Below, one piece after another: positions 9,974 through 18,904 of a stretch of 64,000 nucleotides of DNA. The stretch lies in the sequence record SRR20825019_1453. One strand, given 5' to 3'. How positions within the stretch are numbered: the stretch's first letter is position 1; every line of letters starts with the position of its first letter. Under the pieces are notes generated by a model. That model was given only the letters and a program-made list of their open reading frames with translations, was not told the DNA's origin and did not search any database. Made by a program: the position numbers and the translations under genes.

Positions 9974-10998
9974 CTCAATTGAGTAAATTCTTTCAGTTTA
10001 ATGAAAAGCCGACGGAAGAGATTATTCAATTATTGGAATCCGTAACATTAGGTACCGATGGTGCGCATTATAAGCATCTCGACACAAGAAACCGAGTCAA
10101 CGAGCTGGATAATCCCCTTTTTTTGAGTCTGGAGCGCAATGCTAAAGTTTACGGGAACATTACCTTCTGCCGACGCGGAGAGAACTGGTACATCCGTTAT
10201 TTTGCCTTCGATTCTCTTGTCCAATCGGGAGGAAAGAAAAAATCCAACGCGAAATCAGGTGGATTGCGCAAGGAGCTCAATAACTATTTTGATGCAGTTT
10301 TGTCCTCAAAGAGCAATGAAGGGGTTAATTCTTTCTACGCATATATCGATCCGAGAAATGCAAAAAGTGTTTGGATGAGTGAAAACTTCGGCTTCGAAAA
10401 GATTGGTGAATTGGCAACACAAACGTTTAGTCGAACATCGCCGAGAAATTCAACGCGCGTTTTCAAAACGGATGATTGGAAAGAGATTTCATCGCTCGTA
10501 GAGCGTTTTTTTTCGAAACAACGTTATTTTTTTTCGGATCAGACAAGTAAACCCCCATTTTATGTGTTAAAGGAGGATAATGGAAGGATTCTGGGGTTTG
10601 CAAAGGTCACGATAGCAAATTGGGAAATAAAGCGCTTGCCGGGGAAGTTTGGTGGAGTTTTAGTTCGATTAATTCGTTACCTCCCAATTATCCGCAAGTT
10701 GATTCAACCACAAAATCACTCGTTTGTTGTACCAGAGGGAGTTTATGTTCAAAACAATGACCCAGCGTTACTCCAAGAATTGTTCGAGGGGATTTTATCT
10801 CAGGAAAGGAAGAAACTGATTATTTGGTGGGTTGATGTTAATTCAACGTTGTATTCATCGATTCGGAAGAAAGTCAAATGGGGATTACTGCATAAAATTC
10901 TTGGGGTAAATGCCGTAAATGTGGTTTCGAAATCAGCGAAAAAAATAACGTCCAGCTCAAAAGAAGTATTCTACACGAGCGGATTCGATTTCATTTAA
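9970..10998 (+). CDS. Hypothetical protein, possible GNAT-like fold
   Basis: The ATG at 9970 overlaps the upstream TGA (ATGA). WYIRYFAF and N-x-KS...FGFEKIG resemble acetyltransferase motifs. Confidence 0.6.
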   Translation: MTQLSKFFQFNEKPTEEIIQLLESVTLGTDGAHYKHLDTRNRVNELDNPLFLSLERNAKVYGNITFCRRGENWYIRYFAFDSLVQSGGKKKSNAKSGGLRKELNNYFDAVLSSKSNEGVNSFYAYIDPRNAKSVWMSENFGFEKIGELATQTFSRTSPRNSTRVFKTDDWKEISSLVERFFSKQRYFFSDQTSKPPFYVLKEDNGRILGFAKVTIANWEIKRLPGKFGGVLVRLIRYLPIIRKLIQPQNHSFVVPEGVYVQNNDPALLQELFEGILSQERKKLIIWWVDVNSTLYSSIRKKVKWGLLHKILGVNAVNVVSKSAKKITSSSKEVFYTSGFDFI

Positions 10999-11016
10999 GG
11001 CAGTTCGAACTTTGGG

Positions 11017-11442
11017 TTAATCCAAAATATCCAAGACTTCTGGGTGTACTTCTACCGTGGCATCTACATACAATCGTTGAATAAAGGAATGGAAGAAGAT
11101 ACTATCGATTGCGAAATAGGCTAACATTACACCTAGAAGTGAGTACGTCTCGTTACCTAATCCGCCTTCAAAGACCATAAAACCAAGAAACACTAGAATA
11201 CTTCCAACAAAATGCATAAAAAAGGTACGCGTATGGAGTTCGTTTTTACTTGGTACTTTCTTCAAGTAGAAGTGTTGCAATACCAGAAACAAGACGATGA
11301 ATGGCAAGGAGCATAAAGCGGCCAACACGGTTGTAATTAGACCAATCCCAATTCCAAATAAACTACCGAAAATGAGTCCCGTAAGTAAAGTGAGTACCCA
11401 GCAAATGAAAAAGTGGTAAACTTTTAGTTTTTTGTTATTCAT
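11017..11442 (-). CDS. Hypothetical membrane protein
   Basis: 141-aa ORF with four hydrophobic segments. Confidence 0.7.
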   Translation of the reverse strand: MNNKKLKVYHFFICWVLTLLTGLIFGSLFGIGIGLITTVLAALCSLPFIVLFLVLQHFYLKKVPSKNELHTRTFFMHFVGSILVFLGFMVFEGGLGNETYSLLGVMLAYFAIDSIFFHSFIQRLYVDATVEVHPEVLDILD

Positions 11443-11577
11443 ACAGGAAAACTACAAAAATCCAACGATTCAAAATCCTTAGAAATGTTAAATCAGTTCA
11501 TATCAATGTTATGTCTGCACGGATCACTTTGATTTTAGCAACATTCTATTAAATTCGTAGGGAAAAGTGAAAATTGT

Positions 11578-12141
11578 ATGAAATATCTGATTGTTGGATT
11601 GGGAAATCCAGGTCTTCAGTACGAGAATACCAGGCACAATATTGGATTTAAGGTTGTCGAACATTTTGTAAAAGAACGAGCAGGAACTTTTTCTTCTGAT
11701 AAGCTTGCGGATGTATCAACGGTGAAGTTTAAAGGGCGGCAGATTGTTGTCATTAAACCAACAACTTACATGAATTTGTCTGGAAAAGCAGTCAATTATT
11801 GGATGCAAAAGGAAAAAATTTCCAGAGAGAATATACTTGTGATTACGGATGATATCGCACTTCCATTTGGTAAATTAAGAATGAAAGGCAAAGGCTCCGA
11901 TGGTGGACATAATGGTTTGAAAGATATTCATGCTACACTTGGAACGGTTGAATATACGCGACTTCGTTTCGGAGTTGGGAGTGAATTCAACCCTGGGCGC
12001 CAGTCAGACTATGTACTCGGCGAGTGGTCAAAGGAAGAAAATGACGAGCTCCAGGAAAGAACCGAAACAGCGAGTGAATTTATTAAGAGTTATGTTTCAG
12101 TGGGGCTGGAGTTAACGATGACAAACTGGAATAATCGATAA
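11578..12141 (+). CDS. pth: Peptidyl-tRNA hydrolase
   Basis: LIVGLGNPG, TRHNIGF, KPTTYMNLSG and GGHNGLK motifs. Confidence 0.97.
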   Translation: MKYLIVGLGNPGLQYENTRHNIGFKVVEHFVKERAGTFSSDKLADVSTVKFKGRQIVVIKPTTYMNLSGKAVNYWMQKEKISRENILVITDDIALPFGKLRMKGKGSDGGHNGLKDIHATLGTVEYTRLRFGVGSEFNPGRQSDYVLGEWSKEENDELQERTETASEFIKSYVSVGLELTMTNWNNR

Positions 12142-12418
12142 GGGTCAAATAACGATTTATTTTCTCGCACGAATTATTCGCCGTTTTGTTTTTCTGGAAA
12201 TTCATTTATCTCAGACTTGATGTGTGTCTTTTATTGTAACTTAATGTGATTTCTGATCCTAGACTAACATTAAATGTTTTACTGCTAACACGTTGCCGCA
12301 CCAAAAATGTTTAAGGTTACCAGTTTATGAAAGATACGATCGTTCTACGGTCGAAATTGGATTAATGTCAGATTCTTTTTAGAGTTGAATGTGTTCAGAT
12401 CATAGTTAAAAAGAGTAA

Positions 12419-12496
12419 ACGCTATCATGATTAGTGAAGTGCGGAAAATACCATTTTAGGATGCGCTAAACACCCTTTCTCAATTCGCTAAATACC
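12419..12496 (+). promoter_or_regulatory. Direct repeats phased at 22 bp upstream of the 12573 operon
   Basis: GCGGAAAATACC (12441), GCGCTAAACACC (12463), TCGCTAAATACC (12485), plus a partial ACGCTA (12419). Confidence 0.55.
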
Positions 12497-12572
12497 AGTT
12501 TTTTAGATGTGAATAGATTGGATTATGATTAAATTATATCTTATCTCATAATAATCATTAATTCACACGTAA

Positions 12573-15122
12573 ATGCCTCAATTGACCAAGCCCATTACTA
12601 CAAACTTGTTTAGTTTTAAAACATTTCGCTCACCGGATAAAATTGATTTCAACGAGAAGGAAGAATTCTTTATTCATCATCCTGATGTAACACTGAGTGC
12701 ATTTAATCAATGTCCAATTCCAAGAGAAGGCGAGGGTTCAACTGATCAGCTTGACACATTTATCAATGGCTTCCAACCTGCAAAGAACTATAAAGAAATA
12801 AGAGGCATACACCCTGAATTGTACGACTTCTCATGTTTGCTCATGCAGCAGAAGAGAAACGACACTACGAAAAGAGAACTTAATGCAGAACTGCCTGAAG
12901 CTCTAGATGATGAGGAAATTTTAAAAGTTTGGGATGAATTGTTTGTTCAGACGGCTACTCAAGCATCCAAAACTGTACGGCAGGCTTGTATTCAGTTGAT
13001 AATTGCGCAGCATTATGTACGAAATAATAAAACCCTCGAATTAAGCGATGTATCAAAATTAGTGGTTGTCATCCCAGACGTTGTAATCGCTTGTTTCAAA
13101 CCGTGGAGATATTCCAATTGTGGAGGAGAAATGTTCGGAGTTCAAAATCTTGGTGTCCAAGAGTACAGAAGAGTTGAACAAACGCTTTGCTGCTATGTAC
13201 CTGGTGAAGTTTCTCACATCGAGAATATCATGGCACGAGAATACAAGGAAAAAAGTACACGTAACTTATTACGAACCGAGTACACCACAGAGATTACCAA
13301 TGAAACCGAAATTGAAAATATCAATGATACAACAACAACAGAACGGCATGAGTTGAGTTCTGAGGCTGCAAAGGAATTACAAAAGGACAAATCATTTGAT
13401 ATTAGCGGTTCTGTTACTGTCTCGAAAGACTCAAAAGCATTTGGAAGTATTTCTGCGAATGTAAGTTCGGGTTACAACAGTAGCACTTCCTCTTCTCAAT
13501 CGAATACCGAGGCAAAGAATTATGCCAAGGAAATCACAGAAAGAGCACTTGAAAGAGTGGTTCAAAAAACGACTGAGAAGCGCACCTTCAAAATGATTAG
13601 GGAGTTTGAAGAGAATAACAAACACGGTTTTGATAACACAAAAGGTGTTCAGCACGTTACGGGAGTTTACCGTTGGGTCGACAAAGTGTATGATAATGAA
13701 CTCGTCAACTACGGCAGACGTTTGTTGTTTGAAATCAGTGTGCCGAGTCCAGCTGAGTTTTACAAAAAAGCAATGGCATGGCAGTCGAAAACAGCGGAAT
13801 CAGCTGCTGCTGTGCTTACACCTCCTAAAACATTGGCAAATTTTGGTTTAAACTCTTCATCTGATATAAAGAATGATATTATCACTGCTGCAAACCAAGA
13901 ATACGGTACATCAATAGAAACATATACTGCTGAAGTCCGATATCAGGATGTTAGTTTTGGCGCTGAAACCAATCATTATCATGCAACGAAAACAGATGTT
14001 CGAAGTGCCATTTCAATTGAACCAGGTTTTGTGGCAGATAGAATAGATGGTATTGGAAGTTTTCAACATAACGGAAGTGGCAACACCAAAGCCTATTTGA
14101 GAATAAACATTGCGAATGCACAAGTCTATCGCGGAGATTACCAATCAGGTTCTAAGCAAACGGATAATTTTAATATCAACATTGACCTCTCTCCAAATGT
14201 TGTGGGATCTGCCTCGTTCTCTATTTCATACAGAAAGGTCTATAATTACAGCGGTTCATTTAAGGTGAAACTGATTTCCGATCCTGTCTTATACACCGAA
14301 TGGCAAGAAGAAACATTCTTAGCTTTACAAGCCGCTTATCAAGATAAATTAGATGCGTACAACGACGAATTAGCACTCCAGCAAGCAGCACAACAAGCCG
14401 AAGCAGATCAGCAGGAAAATGATAACTACAGTAATCATGGGATGAATCGTTTGATTGAAGAGCGCGAATTGAAACGCTTGTGCATTGAAATGATGAGCAA
14501 GCCTTATTGCTACGACATGGGGAAAAGTTTCAACAAATGCAAAACGTATGCTTGCAGTTCAGATTGTGGCGAAGTTGAAAACCAAGTAACCGAAGTTATT
14601 CAAAACAGAGAATTGGAAAAATACGCTGAGTTTATCAAGTTCTTCGAAACGGCGTTCCATTGGGAGATCTTTAGCTATGTTTTCTATCCGTATTACTATG
14701 GCGCAAAATGCAATTGGTCCGAATTATTGCAAACCAAAAATGACGATCCAATTTTTGAAGCATTCTTGCAAAGTGGAATGGCAAAACTCCTAGTTCCTGT
14801 TCGCCCACAATTTGAAAAAGCAGTAATGTGGTACATTGAAACGGGTGAAATTTACACTGACGAAAACCTTGTTCCCGAAATTGAAGATGATCGTTATTTG
14901 TCATTGCTGAAAGAATTGCAAAATCAAGAAGATATCAGAGTTGAAGGAAAGTGGAAAACACGTGTGCCTTCTGCCCTTACGATTATTCAAGCGAAATCAA
15001 CGTATTTGGAAGATGCAAAAGGCTTACCTTGTTGTGATGATGAATCTGAAGCTTTTGGAAGTGATGGACGTTTGTTGGAGAATTTAGCAACTGAGACTGA
15101 CCCAGTAACTCAACCTGAATGA
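12573..15122 (+). CDS. Large hypothetical protein; possible pore-forming/translocon component
   Basis: 849-aa ORF with no signal peptide or T9SS CTD. It has a Ser/Thr-rich alternating segment (aa ~273-312), a coiled-coil-like LQAAYQDKLDAYNDELALQQ stretch and many Cys. The gene is secure; the function is inferred. Confidence 0.6.
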   Translation: MPQLTKPITTNLFSFKTFRSPDKIDFNEKEEFFIHHPDVTLSAFNQCPIPREGEGSTDQLDTFINGFQPAKNYKEIRGIHPELYDFSCLLMQQKRNDTTKRELNAELPEALDDEEILKVWDELFVQTATQASKTVRQACIQLIIAQHYVRNNKTLELSDVSKLVVVIPDVVIACFKPWRYSNCGGEMFGVQNLGVQEYRRVEQTLCCYVPGEVSHIENIMAREYKEKSTRNLLRTEYTTEITNETEIENINDTTTTERHELSSEAAKELQKDKSFDISGSVTVSKDSKAFGSISANVSSGYNSSTSSSQSNTEAKNYAKEITERALERVVQKTTEKRTFKMIREFEENNKHGFDNTKGVQHVTGVYRWVDKVYDNELVNYGRRLLFEISVPSPAEFYKKAMAWQSKTAESAAAVLTPPKTLANFGLNSSSDIKNDIITAANQEYGTSIETYTAEVRYQDVSFGAETNHYHATKTDVRSAISIEPGFVADRIDGIGSFQHNGSGNTKAYLRINIANAQVYRGDYQSGSKQTDNFNINIDLSPNVVGSASFSISYRKVYNYSGSFKVKLISDPVLYTEWQEETFLALQAAYQDKLDAYNDELALQQAAQQAEADQQENDNYSNHGMNRLIEERELKRLCIEMMSKPYCYDMGKSFNKCKTYACSSDCGEVENQVTEVIQNRELEKYAEFIKFFETAFHWEIFSYVFYPYYYGAKCNWSELLQTKNDDPIFEAFLQSGMAKLLVPVRPQFEKAVMWYIETGEIYTDENLVPEIEDDRYLSLLKELQNQEDIRVEGKWKTRVPSALTIIQAKSTYLEDAKGLPCCDDESEAFGSDGRLLENLATETDPVTQPE

Positions 15123-16276
15123 TTATGGGAAAGAGTATTTTTGAATTAACAGATAAAACAGGTTATAGCAGCCGATGGGAAGAGGATTGGGAGAAAACTG
15201 AGTTAAAAAGTAATAATTCTTCCAAAGAATCCGCTGCATCTGGTTCAACCAAAGTAGTAATTTTAACGGAAGAAAGAGTCTTTGCAGTAAAAACCGATAT
15301 TCTGCTAAGGTTTAAATTTTATGGTCCAGATAGCTGGTATAACACTCCCGATTCTACTGTTGATTTAACGTCTTCAGACTCTACAGTTGATATTAAGTCC
15401 CCAGCAAAGTGGACAGTTGAAAATGGATGGGTATTTCTTGCTGAAATATCTAAGGATGAACCAGCCAAGGTAAAATTATATATAGCAATTGATGGAATCC
15501 GCAAGCACACTTTTGATGTTGAGTTTAAAAAATCTAAAGATGTGTTTACATTAACCGAAATAGATCGATTAACCGGTGAGTACAGCTATGTTGCTCAGTT
15601 TAATAATTTAGATGAACCGCCTGTTGAATATGAAGGAAACTATTGTATGCAGGGAGCTGATCGCGCAATTGGGAAGCTACTGAATAACTACTCAGATTTT
15701 TATTCTGTCGAGCACGGAACTCATAAGGTTACAAACTCCATTGATTTTAGTGCTGGAACAGGAAACACTTATCAAAGAGCTGGAACCATGAACTCCAAAG
15801 GATTTATACATTCTTCCTACGCGATTGATAATAAATATTGGAACGTCGATCACAACGAAAGAGAGAAAATAAGCTCTAAATATCCTCCATATTCAAATGC
15901 TCGGACATATGCTATTTCTAAAATGTATGACATAGTGTGGGTATCCAAATCTAATGGAACTAACTTCTATCTTTGGTTAAAAAGTAAATGCGATAACACT
16001 GAACCTGGTTATCATGTATACTATCTATCTATTGTGGATGGATTTCATACACAGGTTTTAGTCATTAATAATTCCGATAGAAATAATCCTAAGTATGAAA
16101 TTTGGGATGACCATGGAATTACTTCATCAAAAGGCAAATTGAAGGATATTCCTGAAGGTATAAATATACAAACAAGTTCAATGTTTACCTCTTCATGTTT
16201 GATTCGATTAAAAAATAATACCTCAGATAAATGGGATAGTCAAAAGCTTAAAGTATGGAAAATCAAAAAAAAATAA
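15119..16276 (+). CDS. Hypothetical protein; candidate papain-like (Cys-His-Asp) effector
   Basis: ATGA overlap with the upstream stop. NYC(176)MQGA, GFH(310)TQVLVI and YEIWD(330)DHG motifs; no signal peptide. Confidence 0.55.
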   Translation: MIMGKSIFELTDKTGYSSRWEEDWEKTELKSNNSSKESAASGSTKVVILTEERVFAVKTDILLRFKFYGPDSWYNTPDSTVDLTSSDSTVDIKSPAKWTVENGWVFLAEISKDEPAKVKLYIAIDGIRKHTFDVEFKKSKDVFTLTEIDRLTGEYSYVAQFNNLDEPPVEYEGNYCMQGADRAIGKLLNNYSDFYSVEHGTHKVTNSIDFSAGTGNTYQRAGTMNSKGFIHSSYAIDNKYWNVDHNEREKISSKYPPYSNARTYAISKMYDIVWVSKSNGTNFYLWLKSKCDNTEPGYHVYYLSIVDGFHTQVLVINNSDRNNPKYEIWDDHGITSSKGKLKDIPEGINIQTSSMFTSSCLIRLKNNTSDKWDSQKLKVWKIKKK

Positions 16277-16977
16277 TTGGTTTTTTACTCATCATTTTAT
16301 TTTTAATGAGTTGTTCTAATGAGCCTACTAGGAAAAAGGATAAATCTTCTGTGGATAATAAAAACTCGTCCTTTTCTATAGAACGATATTTGGGTAGAAT
16401 TAAAAACAAAGACTCAAAACGAATTTTTGAAGTTCGATCCATAATCGCACCCGATTCAAAAGTTAATGGATATTTCTCTATCGAGGACAATGTTGCACAA
16501 TTTACCCATTTGATTAACCCATCTGGAGACACACTCAAAGTTCATGAGACAATTGACTCTCTTACTTTCAGGGTTGTTGGTCTATCCGCTGAAGAAAAAC
16601 GGAAAATTAGAAACCCCTATTTCTTTGATGGAAGAATGCGCTGTTACTATTACGATAAAACCAATTTCTACGCGTATCTTGACTTAGACTCCTCCGAATT
16701 CCGTCTACTCGGCAAAAAGAGTGAAGCAGAATTACTTGGAGGGCATTTTGTCCGTGTCGGGAACCAAATTTTTGTTCAGGGGGTTCCAATTGATTCAGCA
16801 GATATTAGCACATTTCACACAATGGAAGTTTTTTGGATGGAGAAGACTGAATGGTCTCGAACAATTGGACTAGATAATAACCATATTTACGTCTCAGAAA
16901 AAATCTTGACCAAAGAACGATTTGACAAATTGATTGCTCCAAATGACTCTTTAAGGAAAATCTACTTTCCAAAATAG
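16255..16977 (+). CDS. Lipoprotein with DKNYY-like C-terminal repeats; candidate immunity protein
   Basis: Lipobox FLMSC; YYDKTNFY, IDSADISTF and GLDNNHIY segments; overlaps the upstream gene by 22 bp. Confidence 0.6.
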   Translation: MENQKKIIGFLLIILFLMSCSNEPTRKKDKSSVDNKNSSFSIERYLGRIKNKDSKRIFEVRSIIAPDSKVNGYFSIEDNVAQFTHLINPSGDTLKVHETIDSLTFRVVGLSAEEKRKIRNPYFFDGRMRCYYYDKTNFYAYLDLDSSEFRLLGKKSEAELLGGHFVRVGNQIFVQGVPIDSADISTFHTMEVFWMEKTEWSRTIGLDNNHIYVSEKILTKERFDKLIAPNDSLRKIYFPK

Positions 16978-17110
16978 GTTGGCCGAACTAAAAAACTGAA
17001 TTAGATGAAACTTATATTCTTTCTCATGTCGGATATAGTTCTCCCATTTTGTAGGATAGCTTTTGTCAAAAATAAGATGATTAGGATACACTTTTCATTG
17101 ATTCAAAACA

Positions 17111-17295
17111 TTCTTGTTCGATCAATCGCAAAACGTGTTGACTGACAAATTATTCATGTTAGGGCAATCGTAGCCCTTGTTAACTGACAAAATATTCCTG
17201 TTGGAGCGATCATAACGATTGTAAAGCCAATCAAAGTTCATATAAGGGCAGTCGTAACATTTGTAATGTCAATCTACTTTTATGTTAAGTCAACT
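17111..17295. repeat. Degenerate tandem repeat, 42-bp unit (21-bp sub-period), about 4.4 copies
   Basis: Units start at 17111, 17153, 17195, 17237 and 17279 (TTCTTGTT, TTCATGTT, TTCCTGTT, TTCATATA, TTTATGTT). Confidence 0.75.
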
Positions 17296-17407
17296 ACACA
17301 CCCAAACAATTCTGGATTGATGTTATTCAATTGGCAATGAATAATCCCAAAGAGAATAAGTGATCTTGTGGCTTTTTCTTAATTTAGCTGCTTCAATAAT
17401 AAATCGA

Positions 17408-18847
17408 ATGAAAAGAGAGAAGATTGCTGCCATATTGGCGACTGCAGAAATTGGTAAGGAAGTAACGGTAAAAGGGTGGGTGAGAGCCAACAGAGGAAAT
17501 CGTTTTGTTCAAATCAATGACGGTTCAACCATTAATAATATTCAGGCGGTAATCGAATTTGAAAATTTTGATGAGGCAACGTTGAAACGCATTACCATTG
17601 GTTCTGCGATCTGTGTATCAGGTGAATTGGTGAAGTCTGAAGGAGCTGGTCAAGCTGTGGAGATTCAAGTGAAAACGGTTGAAATCATTGGTGATGCAAA
17701 TCCAGATGAAATCGCAAAAACGGTCATGCAACCAAAGCGTCACAGTTTAGAATATTTACGCGAACAAGCTCACTTGCGTTTTAGAACAAATACATTTGGA
17801 GCGGTGTTTAGAATTCGTCACGCAGTTGCTTACGCGATTCACAAGTACTTCAACGATGAAGGCTTTTTCTATTTACACACACCAATTATCACAGGTTCTG
17901 ATGCCGAGGGCGCAGGAGAAATGTTTCGCGTTTCTACCTTAGATCCAGCGAATCTGCCAAAAAACGAGGACGGAAGCATCGATTATAGTGAGGATTTCTT
18001 CGGAAAAGCAGTGAACTTAACGGTTTCTGGTCAGTTGGAAGCTGAGTTAGGAGCATTGGCACTTGGACAAGTATATACGTTTGGACCAACGTTCAGAGCG
18101 GAAAACTCAAATACTTCACGTCACCTTGCAGAATTTTGGATGATTGAACCCGAAGTTGCTTTCAATGATTTGACAGACAACATGGATCTCACAGAAGCAT
18201 TCTTGAAGTATATCTCTAATTACATTCTTACAAATTGTGGAGACGACCTCGCTTTCTTGAACGAACGTGAAATCAATGAGCAAAAATCAAAGCCGCAAGC
18301 AGAGCGAAATGAGCTTACGCTAGTCGAACGTTTGGAGTTCGTGCGTGACAATGATTTTAAACGATTGACCTATACAGAAGCGATTGAAGTATTGCAACAA
18401 TCGAAACCATATAAGAAAAAACAATTCAAATACGACGTGAAATGGGGAATTGATCTCCAAAGCGAACACGAGCGTTATTTGGTAGAAAAGGAATTTAAGT
18501 GCCCAGTAATCCTATCTGATTATCCGGCGGAGATCAAAGCATTCTACATGCGTCAAAATGATGATGGAAAAACTGTTGCAGCAATGGACGTTCTATTTCC
18601 TGGGATTGGAGAGATAGTTGGAGGGTCACAGCGGGAAGAGCGATTGGATATTTTAAAGAGAAAATGTGCAGACTTCAACGTTCCTGAAGAGAACATTTGG
18701 TGGTACTTGGAAACGCGTAAGTTTGGAACAGTTCCACACTCGGGATTTGGTCTTGGATTCGAAAGAATGGTCATGTTTGTTACAGGTATGACGAATATCC
18801 GAGACGTAATTCCTTTCCCAAGAACACCACAAAACGCAGAGTTTTAG
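17408..18847 (+). CDS. asnS: Asparagine--tRNA ligase
   Basis: OB-fold [30 protein letters not shown] and GFGLGFER motifs; ATG at 17408. Confidence 0.97.
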   Translation: MKREKIAAILATAEIGKEVTVKGWVRANRGNRFVQINDGSTINNIQAVIEFENFDEATLKRITIGSAICVSGELVKSEGAGQAVEIQVKTVEIIGDANPDEIAKTVMQPKRHSLEYLREQAHLRFRTNTFGAVFRIRHAVAYAIHKYFNDEGFFYLHTPIITGSDAEGAGEMFRVSTLDPANLPKNEDGSIDYSEDFFGKAVNLTVSGQLEAELGALALGQVYTFGPTFRAENSNTSRHLAEFWMIEPEVAFNDLTDNMDLTEAFLKYISNYILTNCGDDLAFLNEREINEQKSKPQAERNELTLVERLEFVRDNDFKRLTYTEAIEVLQQSKPYKKKQFKYDVKWGIDLQSEHERYLVEKEFKCPVILSDYPAEIKAFYMRQNDDGKTVAAMDVLFPGIGEIVGGSQREERLDILKRKCADFNVPEENIWWYLETRKFGTVPHSGFGLGFERMVMFVTGMTNIRDVIPFPRTPQNAEF

Positions 18848-18904
18848 CGATTTTCCGATAATCATATTCATAAAAAATGTAACTTAATCAGATAAAAATA
18901 ATTC

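Noticed and set aside
12573-16977. Calling the island a T6SS, Rhs, CDI or contractile-injection locus, or a mobile element
   Set aside because: No recognisable VgrG, PAAR, YD repeats, sheath/tube, TpsB, integrase or transposase, and I saw no flanking direct repeats.
17006-17146. 46-codon ORF (MKLIFFLMSD...) after the lipoprotein gene, a possible decayed second immunity gene
   Set aside because: Too short, has no recognisable motif and runs into the tandem repeat; it cannot be supported without a homology search.
17111-17295. CRISPR array
   Set aside because: The units are contiguous and degenerate along their whole length. There is no identical repeat alternating with unique spacers, and no cas gene in the window.
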